Translations under genes and position numbers: made by a program | From: Bacteroidia bacterium | GTDB lineage: Bacteria > Bacteroidota > Bacteroidia > AKYH767-A > OLB10 | Length of the DNA stretch: 64,000 bases | NCBI GenBank assembly: GCA_016788185.1 | Contig: JAEUTF010000185.1 | Location: forward strand, 1,805 to 65,804 | Direction: 5' to 3' | The notes under the pieces: model-generated | The model's input: the letters and a program-made list of their open reading frames with translations, nothing else | Database searches by the model: none | What the model was told of the DNA's origin: nothing | Part shown: one piece after another, positions 1 to 7,265 of the stretch | Position numbering within the stretch: position 1 is the stretch's first letter | Layout: every line of letters begins with the position of its first letter

Positions 1-617
1 TGGAAATCTTCCATCCGTATCGGCAATTCATTTCCGAATTCATTGAGATTCCGGCCTATAACCGATTCGGGTTTAAGGCTGAGACTTGCGGCCGCCTTTC
101 CCTTGAACAGAGTAATGTTGGCGCGGTTATCAATGTTGAACAGAATCAGCGGGGAACGTGCGATGATATTCTTCAGCTTGAATTCGCTTTCGAGTAATGC
201 GGCCTCGGCTTTTTCAGCCGTTTCACGGGCCTCTTTCAATTTCAGAATGTACCGGAGACTTTTGGAAATGCTGGCCGGCGTGATGGTGGTCTTGGTCAGA
301 AAGTCCGAGGCCCCCATTTTCATGCATTCCACCGCCATGTGTACATCTTCCTGACTCGTCACCATAATGATACTACCGGTCGTTTTCTTTTCGTTGTAGT
401 ACCTCAGGAAGTCGGCTCCGCTTTTACTCGGGAAGTAATAGTCAAGAAAAATACAGTCAAAGGTCTGGGTATTGTTGGTAGCAATCGCTTCTTCAATGGA
501 ACGACTGATGGTGATATCGATATCAAGTCCGGCCTGACGAAGGGAGTTCACCAGAATGATGATGTCCTGCTCATTGTCTTCAATGATCTGGATACGGATA
601 TTTTTATGACTTGTCAT
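1..617 (-). CDS. Response regulator receiver domain fused to a PAS-like region. Partial: the C-terminus lies beyond the left window edge.
   Basis: This gene is absent from the supplied ORF track because it has no in-window stop. My own translation of the minus strand from the ATG at 615-617 gives MTSHKNIRIQIIEDNEQDIIILVNSLRQAGLDIDITISRSIEEAIATNNTQTFDCIFLDYYFPSKSGADFLRYYNEKKTTGSIIMVTSQEDVHMAVECMKMGASDFLTK, a CheY-like acidic pocket / T / K pattern. A helical linker follows, then FKLKNIIARSPLILFNIDNRANITLFKGKAAASLSLKPESVIGRNLNEF, which looks like the start of a PAS domain. It begins 18 nt after the preceding receiver gene on the same strand. Confidence 0.75.
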   Translation of the reverse strand, partial: MTSHKNIRIQIIEDNEQDIIILVNSLRQAGLDIDITISRSIEEAIATNNTQTFDCIFLDYYFPSKSGADFLRYYNEKKTTGSIIMVTSQEDVHMAVECMKMGASDFLTKTTITPASISKSLRYILKLKEARETAEKAEAALLESEFKLKNIIARSPLILFNIDNRANITLFKGKAAASLSLKPESVIGRNLNEFGNELPIRMEDF

Positions 618-635
618 GATTGTTTTTTCGTTAGG

Positions 636-1085
636 TTAGATGGCTGTTTCTGGCTGCTCACAGAGTTTCCAGTAACTGTGCAATATGGAAACCGCGTTTA
701 CAAATTTTTCAAAGGACAGCGGTTTTAGAATGTAACCCGCTACATTTAACCGGTAAGCTTCTATTTTATCCTGATCATCGTTCGAGGTGGTCATGACAAA
801 GGCGGATATGGATTTAAGTTCCGGATCGGTTCTCAGTTCCTTAAGAAATTCCAGTCCGTTCATTTTTGGCATATTGATGTCCAGCAGGATGATTCTTGGC
901 AAGGGATTCATCTTTGGCTTTCCATTGGTGCCGCGCAGCATATTGAGCGCTTCCACACCGTTGAAGGCAATATGAAGAGGGTGGTTGATATTGTTCTTCT
1001 TGAACGCTCTTTGCACATTCATGACATCAACACTGTCGTCCTCTATGAGAAGGATGTTAATGGGTTTGTCGTCGGTATTCATCAT
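636..1085 (-). CDS. Single-domain response regulator (CheY-like receiver, no output domain)
   Basis: 149 aa. ILLIEDDSVDVMNVQRAF...RIILLDINMPKMNGLEFLKELR...FVMTTSNDDQDKIEAYRLNVAGYILKP is a complete receiver fold signature. Its start overlaps the stop of the upstream kinase gene by 4 nt (1082-1085). Confidence 0.9.
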   Translation of the reverse strand: MMNTDDKPINILLIEDDSVDVMNVQRAFKKNNINHPLHIAFNGVEALNMLRGTNGKPKMNPLPRIILLDINMPKMNGLEFLKELRTDPELKSISAFVMTTSNDDQDKIEAYRLNVAGYILKPLSFEKFVNAVSILHSYWKLCEQPETAI

Positions 1086-2158
1086 ACTTCTGCTTTGTTT
1101 TCAAGGATGATATTGTTGTGTGGCCAGGTAAAGGTGAATCGCGTTCCTTTTCCGACTTTGGAATCAATCCAGATTTTACCGCCTTGTTCCTCCACAATTT
1201 TTTTTACAATGGAAAGTCCGATCCCGGTACTTTCCACCTCGTCGCGGGTGGATAAGGTCTGGAACAGAACAAAAATCCGCTGGTGGTATTCATCTTCTAT
1301 CCCCGGCCCGTTGTCTTCTACGTAGAACTGGCAGCAGTTCTCCAGGGGGACACAACCGGTGATGATGATTCCTTGATCTTTGTCGTTGTACTTGATGGCA
1401 TTGCTGAGCAGGTTGATCAGCACCTGGTGCAACCTGACGGTGTCCGTTTCTATGGTGGGCCATTCTCCTTCCATTGTAATCTGGATGTGTTGGGGAGGAT
1501 TCAGCAGATCGATGATCTCTTTCAGGTACAACTCGGTATTGGTCACCGCCGTGGTGCCCTTTATCTTATCGGCTTTGGTGTAGGCCAGAATACCATGAAT
1601 AAGGTTTTCCATCCTGTTTACGCGCCCCCTCAGGAGTTGAAGGTTGTTTTTGGTCTCGGCACTTATTTTGCCCTCCGAATCCTCTTCAATCCATTCGGCA
1701 AGACTCGAAATGGCACGCAAAGGAGCTTTAAGGTCATGTGAAACCACATAGGCAAACTGATCCAGATCTCTGTTGATTTTCTCAAGATTCCGGAGATTTT
1801 CTCTTTGTTTGCGTTCGGCCTGTTTCCTGTTCAGACTTTCCCTTTTAATTGATTCTTTGACTACCTGTATATCTTTGTAGAGGTCAGGGCTGTTCTTTGT
1901 ATCAATGTTGAGGAGCTTCAGGGCGTCGATGAGTTCCCTGGCAGCAGATTTTAATTTTTCAAGTTCAGTATGGTTCTGACGGATCAGCGTCTGGTATTCT
2001 TCAGAAGACACCAGCATAGCCCTTTCCATAAGTATCCTGTCCCTTTCGTAGTGACTGTAACTGGATGCTACCGCATTCAGGAAGGACACCACACGGGGGT
2101 CATCCTTCAGTTCACCGAGGTGTTTATGAATCTGCCGTTCCAGTAATTTTTGACTCAT
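1082..2158 (-). CDS. Soluble sensor histidine kinase (coiled-coil N-terminus, HisKA + HATPase_c)
   Basis: 358 aa. H-box FAYVVSHDLKAPLRAISSLAEWI; N box LINLLSNAIKY; G boxes VEDNGPGI and STGIGLSIVKKIVE. The first ~130 aa are charged and helical. No hydrophobic TM segment or PAS/GAF signature is visible. Confidence 0.9.
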   Translation of the reverse strand: MSQKLLERQIHKHLGELKDDPRVVSFLNAVASSYSHYERDRILMERAMLVSSEEYQTLIRQNHTELEKLKSAARELIDALKLLNIDTKNSPDLYKDIQVVKESIKRESLNRKQAERKQRENLRNLEKINRDLDQFAYVVSHDLKAPLRAISSLAEWIEEDSEGKISAETKNNLQLLRGRVNRMENLIHGILAYTKADKIKGTTAVTNTELYLKEIIDLLNPPQHIQITMEGEWPTIETDTVRLHQVLINLLSNAIKYNDKDQGIIITGCVPLENCCQFYVEDNGPGIEDEYHQRIFVLFQTLSTRDEVESTGIGLSIVKKIVEEQGGKIWIDSKVGKGTRFTFTWPHNNIILENKAEV

Positions 2159-2160
2159 GT

Positions 2161-3300
2161 TTATTTTTTTTCACTCAGTGTGGTAATGGTCATGGTCTGG
2201 TTGTGCAGTTCGCTGGTGGAAACACCTTTGGGAGGAGATATTTCACCGTACGAGTAAAATCCGGTAATGGCAGTATTTTCTCCCAGTATTTCCCTGACCA
2301 CTTCCACTTCTTCTTCAATTCTTTGATTGAGTACCATTTTTCGGCCAACGCAACTGATGAGTATGGCCAGATCCGGTCGTTCAAGGTTGCCGAGACAACT
2401 TAGGGCAGCATCCGATGCACCTTCAATCAACCGGTCTGAATTGGCTTTCATGAGACGTGCACTGCGACCTTCCGGAACGTTGCCGGCAAACGTGAGACTT
2501 TGTTCGTCTTCGTTGATGGATAAGATGGTGCGGATAACCGGTTCTTCCTGATCATTGAGTGCAATGCAAAGGGGAAAAAGCAGGGCACTCCCCGGTAGTT
2601 CATCCGAATATTCACCCAGGTATTTTTTATAGACGCTTAAAGCAGGCTGTCCGTCTAATTCATACAGCACATTGGCGCTGGACCTGGTGATTTTTCGTTC
2701 AGGGCCGAAGGGGTCCCAGCCGCCCATGCTGCCGTGCGATACTTTCAAATGGTTTCCGTAAAAGCCGACAGCAACAATTTTACCTTCCGCCGGTTGCTCA
2801 TTCAGGCCAACCAGTGTTTTTTGAAATCGGTTACCATCGCCGGCGAGGCCACCGGTGATGATAATTCCTTTTGGAAGATTGTTCTTTAGTCCTTCCAGCA
2901 GATCACTTCCGTTTACAAGCTGCCCGTCAGCGATGACGAGAATATGGGTCAGTTCATCCTTGCAGAAGGTTTTGGCAATATTGCTTCCTGCTGATTCGCT
3001 GTTTGGATGATCACAGGTGTTCAGGGTATGGGTAACAAACTTTGTTTTATCAAATCGGATGGCAGTAAGGGAAATGGTGTCGTCGTTCACCTGCGTGTCG
3101 ATGATTTCACCAGACGTTGAATTCATCAGGATTTCTGCTTTGGGATATTTATTCCGGATTTCCTGATAAAAACCAGGACTGGAGAGAAGAATCCGGCTGC
3201 CAAAAACGATGACCAGCTGGTAGTCCTTCGGATCCTTTAAGTCGCTTCGGAGCTTTTCCCAGGTCCTTTCAGGGGTCCATTTGAGCTGTTCAATTCGCAT
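2161..3300 (-). CDS. Stand-alone FIST domain protein (FIST_N + FIST_C), putative sensor
   Basis: 379 aa. The layout and motifs are typical of FIST proteins (LVIVFGS...; ITGGLAGDG; GFYSYGEISP at the C-terminus). There is no transmitter or output domain. The stop is 2 nt from the kinase start. Confidence 0.85.
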   Translation of the reverse strand: MRIEQLKWTPERTWEKLRSDLKDPKDYQLVIVFGSRILLSSPGFYQEIRNKYPKAEILMNSTSGEIIDTQVNDDTISLTAIRFDKTKFVTHTLNTCDHPNSESAGSNIAKTFCKDELTHILVIADGQLVNGSDLLEGLKNNLPKGIIITGGLAGDGNRFQKTLVGLNEQPAEGKIVAVGFYGNHLKVSHGSMGGWDPFGPERKITRSSANVLYELDGQPALSVYKKYLGEYSDELPGSALLFPLCIALNDQEEPVIRTILSINEDEQSLTFAGNVPEGRSARLMKANSDRLIEGASDAALSCLGNLERPDLAILISCVGRKMVLNQRIEEEVEVVREILGENTAITGFYSYGEISPPKGVSTSELHNQTMTITTLSEKK

Positions 3301-3310
3301 CTGATAGAAT

Positions 3311-3343
3311 TTGCTATGTTTTTTTACTTGAAAAGCATAGCAA
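3311..3343 (-). promoter_or_regulatory. Perfect 8-bp stem hairpin in the 5' leader of the FIST operon
   Basis: TTGCTATG (3311-3318) and CATAGCAA (3336-3343) are exact reverse complements separated by a 17-nt A/T-rich loop. The stem ends 10 nt upstream of the FIST ATG at 3300. No T-tract follows on either strand, so this is not a classical terminator. Confidence 0.4.
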
Positions 3344-3460
3344 GGGTTTCAGAAGGAATTGCTCAATGCAGCGAAATCAGATCAAATCGAATTAAAACCT
3401 TACATGAAAAGTGTAAGAGGTAAAAATCCGAATCCGCTAATCCGGGTATTTCCCGGAAGA

Positions 3461-4168
3461 TCAGAAGTTGGGCCGGAGCAGGTATTTTGAATAAAAGGAG
3501 TCGATCACTTCCACCGCTTCTTCCGCAGAATCCACGATGGTAAACAATTTCAGATCATCGGGGTTGATATACTTTTCCGGTACCAGCACATCTTTGATCC
3601 AGGTCATCAACCCGGCCCAATAGGATTTTCCCACCAGAACAATCGGGAATCGTCCTATCTTTCTTGTTTGAATCAGGGTAAGCGACTCGAACAATTCATC
3701 CATGGTACCAAATCCACCGGGAAGTACAATGAATCCCTGTGCGTATTTGATAAACATCAGTTTTCTGACAAAAAAGTAATCGAAGGTAATGCTCTTGTCA
3801 GGGTCGATGAAGGGATTGGGAGATTGTTCGAAGGGGAGTTTAATGTTTAGTCCGACAGATTTGCCGCTGGCCTTTTGCGCTCCTTTATTGGCCGCCTCCA
3901 TGATTCCCGGACCGCCACCGGTAATAATGCCATAACCTTCAGCAGTGAGTTTAAAGGCAATTTCTTCAGCCAAAAGGTAATAGGTGCTGCCAGGTTCAGT
4001 TCTGGCAGATCCAAAAATAGAAACGCAAGGTCCGATGCGGCTCATTTTTTCAAAACCTTCAACAAATTCCGCCATGATTTTGAAAATCTGCCAGGTGTCC
4101 TGTGCTTTGATTTCCTGCCAGTCCTTGTCCGTAAATGCTCTGCGTATTTTTGCTTCGTCTGAATTCAT
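3461..4168 (-). CDS. LOG family protein (TIGR00730-type Rossmann fold; cytokinin riboside 5'-monophosphate phosphoribohydrolase-like)
   Basis: 235 aa. Carries the GGGPGIMEAANKGA and PGGFGTMDELFE motifs diagnostic of the LOG / lysine-decarboxylase-like family. Lies 47 nt downstream of uvrA on the same strand. Confidence 0.85.
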   Translation of the reverse strand: MNSDEAKIRRAFTDKDWQEIKAQDTWQIFKIMAEFVEGFEKMSRIGPCVSIFGSARTEPGSTYYLLAEEIAFKLTAEGYGIITGGGPGIMEAANKGAQKASGKSVGLNIKLPFEQSPNPFIDPDKSITFDYFFVRKLMFIKYAQGFIVLPGGFGTMDELFESLTLIQTRKIGRFPIVLVGKSYWAGLMTWIKDVLVPEKYINPDDLKLFTIVDSAEEAVEVIDSFYSKYLLRPNF

Positions 4169-4215
4169 GGGGGTGGAATTGTTTTTTTTTACGTAGCGTA
4201 TCTGAAAAGGTTTTA

Positions 4216-7050
4216 TCAGTTGAGGAATTCCTTGCGCAGGTATTCGGCAGTAATCGAATGTTTGTTTTTAATGATTTGTTCGGGGGTGCCCGTGCAGAGT
4301 ATACTTCCGCCCCTTGATCCTCCTTCCGGCCCCAGATCAATGATGTGATCGGCAAAACGTATTACGTCCATGTTGTGTTCAATAACCAGCACCGTATTCC
4401 CTTTTGCAACCAGTTTGTTTAATACTTCGAGCAGGATTCGCACATCTTCGAAATGCAGGCCGGTGGTGGGTTCGTCCAGAATATAAAAGGTATTGCCGGT
4501 GTCTTTCTTCGACAGTTCGGTGGCAAGTTTTACCCGTTGAGCCTCCCCGCCGCTGAGGGTGGTGCTTTGCTGGCCCAGGGTAAGATAGCCCAGTCCTACT
4601 TCTTTTAAAGTTCTTATTTTGTGAAGGAGGGAGGGCATGTTTTCAAAAAAATCAACTGCATGTTCAATGCTCATGTTCAATACGTCACTGATGGATTTTC
4701 CCCGGTATCTCACATCGAGAATCTCCCGGTTGTATCTTTTCCCGTTGCAGCTTTCGCATTGCACATAAACATCAGGCAGAAAATTCATTTCAATGGTTCG
4801 CATCCCTGCACCCTGGCAGGTTTCACAACGTCCGCCTTTTACATTGAATGAAAACCATCCGGGCGGATAGCCCCTCACTTTAGCCTCTGTAAGTTGCGCA
4901 TAGAGATTCCGGATGTCGCTGAATACACCGGTATAGGTGGCCGGATTGGATCTCGGTGTCCGGCCGATGGGGCTTTGATCAATTTCAATCACTTTATCAA
5001 TGTGTTCCAGTCCCTTGATGGATTTATAGGGAAGAGGCCGGGTTTGTGACCTGTAAAAATACTGGTTGAGGATAGGGTAGAGGGTTTCGTTGATTAAGGT
5101 GGATTTTCCGCTTCCCGAAACACCGGTCACGCACATGAACAGACCAAGTGGAAATTCAACATCGATGTTTTTCAGATTATTTCCCCGGGCTCCGGTAATT
5201 TTAAGTGACTTCCCTGAACCTTTCCTGCGTATACCGTGCCGGATCTGCAGGGCGCCGCTGAGGTATTGACCGGTCAGAGAGTCCGACTTGGCTACTTCTT
5301 CGGCGCTCCCGCTGGCAACAATGCGTCCTCCGTGTAATCCGGCTCCCGGACCAAGATCAATTACGTGGTCGGCGGCCATGATGGTTTCCTTGTCATGCTC
5401 CACTACGATGACAGAATTGCCGAGGTCCCTGAGATCTCTGAGCGACTGAATGAGCCTTGTGTTGTCCCTTTGGTGTAATCCTATGCTGGGTTCATCAAGA
5501 ATGTACATGACTCCCACCAGTTGTGAGCCGATTTGGGTGGCGAGCCGTATGCGTTGAGATTCCCCGCCTGAGAGCGATCGCGCACTCCGGTTCAGTGTTA
5601 AATAATCCAGACCTACATCAAGCAGGAATTTAATGCGCTTGTTGATTTCCTTCAGAATTTCCCTGGCGATGGTTTGTTGTTTTTTGCTCAGTCTTTTTTC
5701 AACCTGTAAACTCCAGTCGTATAAGACATGAATATCCAGATTGGCCAGTTCGGCTATGTTCTTATGGTCTACCTTAAAGAATAGGGCTTCTTTTTTAAGT
5801 CTGGAACCGCCGCACTCGGGGCAGGGTGAAAATGCCATAAATCCGTGTGCCCACTTCTTCATGCGGGAGGAGGTGTTTTCATCTTCCAGTTGTGCCGCGA
5901 TGAAACTGGCGATACCTTCAAAACTCAGGTGAGAGCTGTTGACCGTTCCCGGAGTAAACTCCTTTTCTACCGTGAAAATTTCATTGGAGCCGTATAAGAT
6001 GATATTGATGGCCTCCTCCGGTATATCTTTTATGGCAGTGTTCAGGGTAAAGCCGTATCGTTTGCCAATGAGTTGTAATTGCTGGTAAATCCAGTTGTCT
6101 TTAAATTCCCCCAGCGGGGTAATACCCCCTTGTTTGATGCTGAGCGCCGGATCGGGAATCACCGTTTTGATGTCGATTTCAGGAATGGTCCCGAGGCCGT
6201 TGCATTTTGTACAGGCACCGTACGGAGAGTTGAATGAAAAGGTGTTCGGTGCAGGTTCGTCGTAGGAGATGCCCGTGGAAGGACACATCAGATGCTGGCT
6301 GAGGTGTTTTATTTTTTTATTGCCTTCCATGTATACCATCATGGAACCTTTACCATGTTTCAGGGCGGTTTTTATACTTTCATAAATACGCAATGAATTG
6401 TCTTCATTGACCAGAATGCGGTCAATAACAATTTCAATGTCGTGTGTTTTGTACCGGTCGGCTTGCAGCCCCCTTTTGATTTCGGTCAGTTCACCATCAA
6501 TTCTGACTCTCAGAAAACCCTGTTGCGCAATTTGCTGAAACAACTCTCTGTAATGTCCTTTGCGCCCTTTAACAACCGGTGAGAGCAGTAAAATGTTCTG
6601 ACCTTCGTATTGCTTCATCACCACTTCCCGGATTTGAGCATCCGTCATGCGGATCATCTTCTCGCCGCTTAAATAAGAGTAGGCATCGGATGCCCTGGCA
6701 AAAAGAAGGCGGAGGAAATCATAAATTTCAGTAACCGTTCCTACCGTTGATCGAGGGTTGGTATTGGTCGTTTTTTGCTCAATCGATATGACCGGACTCA
6801 AACCCTTGATCTTGTCAACATCGGGTCGTTCCATGTTTCCAAGGAATTGCCTGGCGTATGCTGAAAAGGTTTCCATGTATCGTCGCTGTCCTTCGGCATA
6901 AATGGTGTCGAACGCCAGCGAACTTTTTCCGCTACCGCTGAGCCCGGTTAAAACCACCAGTTTGTTACGTGGAAAGGTTAAATCTATATTTTGAAGGTTG
7001 TGAACACGTGCGCCGTATACCTCAACCCATTCTTCTTCTGATAATTTCAT
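4216..7050 (-). CDS. uvrA: Excinuclease ABC subunit A
   Basis: 944 aa. N-terminus VHNLQNIDLTFPRNKLVVLTGLSGSGKSSLAFDTIYAEGQRRYMETFSAYARQF, two ABC ATPase modules (LSGGESQRIRLA, LSGGEAQRVKLA), and zinc-finger cysteines CPECGG / CETCQGAG...CESCNG. Confidence 0.97.
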   Translation of the reverse strand: MKLSEEEWVEVYGARVHNLQNIDLTFPRNKLVVLTGLSGSGKSSLAFDTIYAEGQRRYMETFSAYARQFLGNMERPDVDKIKGLSPVISIEQKTTNTNPRSTVGTVTEIYDFLRLLFARASDAYSYLSGEKMIRMTDAQIREVVMKQYEGQNILLLSPVVKGRKGHYRELFQQIAQQGFLRVRIDGELTEIKRGLQADRYKTHDIEIVIDRILVNEDNSLRIYESIKTALKHGKGSMMVYMEGNKKIKHLSQHLMCPSTGISYDEPAPNTFSFNSPYGACTKCNGLGTIPEIDIKTVIPDPALSIKQGGITPLGEFKDNWIYQQLQLIGKRYGFTLNTAIKDIPEEAINIILYGSNEIFTVEKEFTPGTVNSSHLSFEGIASFIAAQLEDENTSSRMKKWAHGFMAFSPCPECGGSRLKKEALFFKVDHKNIAELANLDIHVLYDWSLQVEKRLSKKQQTIAREILKEINKRIKFLLDVGLDYLTLNRSARSLSGGESQRIRLATQIGSQLVGVMYILDEPSIGLHQRDNTRLIQSLRDLRDLGNSVIVVEHDKETIMAADHVIDLGPGAGLHGGRIVASGSAEEVAKSDSLTGQYLSGALQIRHGIRRKGSGKSLKITGARGNNLKNIDVEFPLGLFMCVTGVSGSGKSTLINETLYPILNQYFYRSQTRPLPYKSIKGLEHIDKVIEIDQSPIGRTPRSNPATYTGVFSDIRNLYAQLTEAKVRGYPPGWFSFNVKGGRCETCQGAGMRTIEMNFLPDVYVQCESCNGKRYNREILDVRYRGKSISDVLNMSIEHAVDFFENMPSLLHKIRTLKEVGLGYLTLGQQSTTLSGGEAQRVKLATELSKKDTGNTFYILDEPTTGLHFEDVRILLEVLNKLVAKGNTVLVIEHNMDVIRFADHIIDLGPEGGSRGGSILCTGTPEQIIKNKHSITAEYLRKEFLN

Positions 7051-7079
7051 TGGAAAACTTACCCCTGATCTGTGTACTG

Positions 7080-7087
7080 CAAAGGTA
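7080..7087 (-). promoter_or_regulatory. Candidate Bacteroidota -7 promoter box (TACCTTTG on the minus strand) for uvrA
   Basis: The plus strand reads CAAAGGTA, which is TAnnTTTG on the minus strand, 30 nt upstream of the uvrA ATG (7050). Confidence 0.4.
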
Positions 7088-7265
7088 AGCCTTCGCGTTG
7101 TTTTTTCTTAATCCATTGATAGTTAATGGATAGTATGGAGATAAGATGGGGCTTCAGGAGGATTCTCAGTGTTTTTCTTGCATTGTCATTTGCGCTGCTG
7201 TTTAGTGCTAAATACTTCTTAGTCAATGGTAAATTAAAGACTACAGGTCGAACAATTTTGGTCAG

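Noticed and set aside
43-728. Two plus-strand track ORFs (43-354, 339-728) at the left edge
   Set aside because: They lie antisense to a much more convincing minus-strand receiver-PAS gene (1-617), which the track misses because it has no in-window stop. Their translations are low-complexity with no recognisable motifs.
3399-3417. 6-bp hairpin CTTACA-tgaaaag-TGTAAG, followed on the minus strand by GTTTT, as a possible terminator of the LOG gene
   Set aside because: The stem is short and A/T-rich and the T-tract is only 4 nt, which is too weak to call. It is noted only as a possibility.
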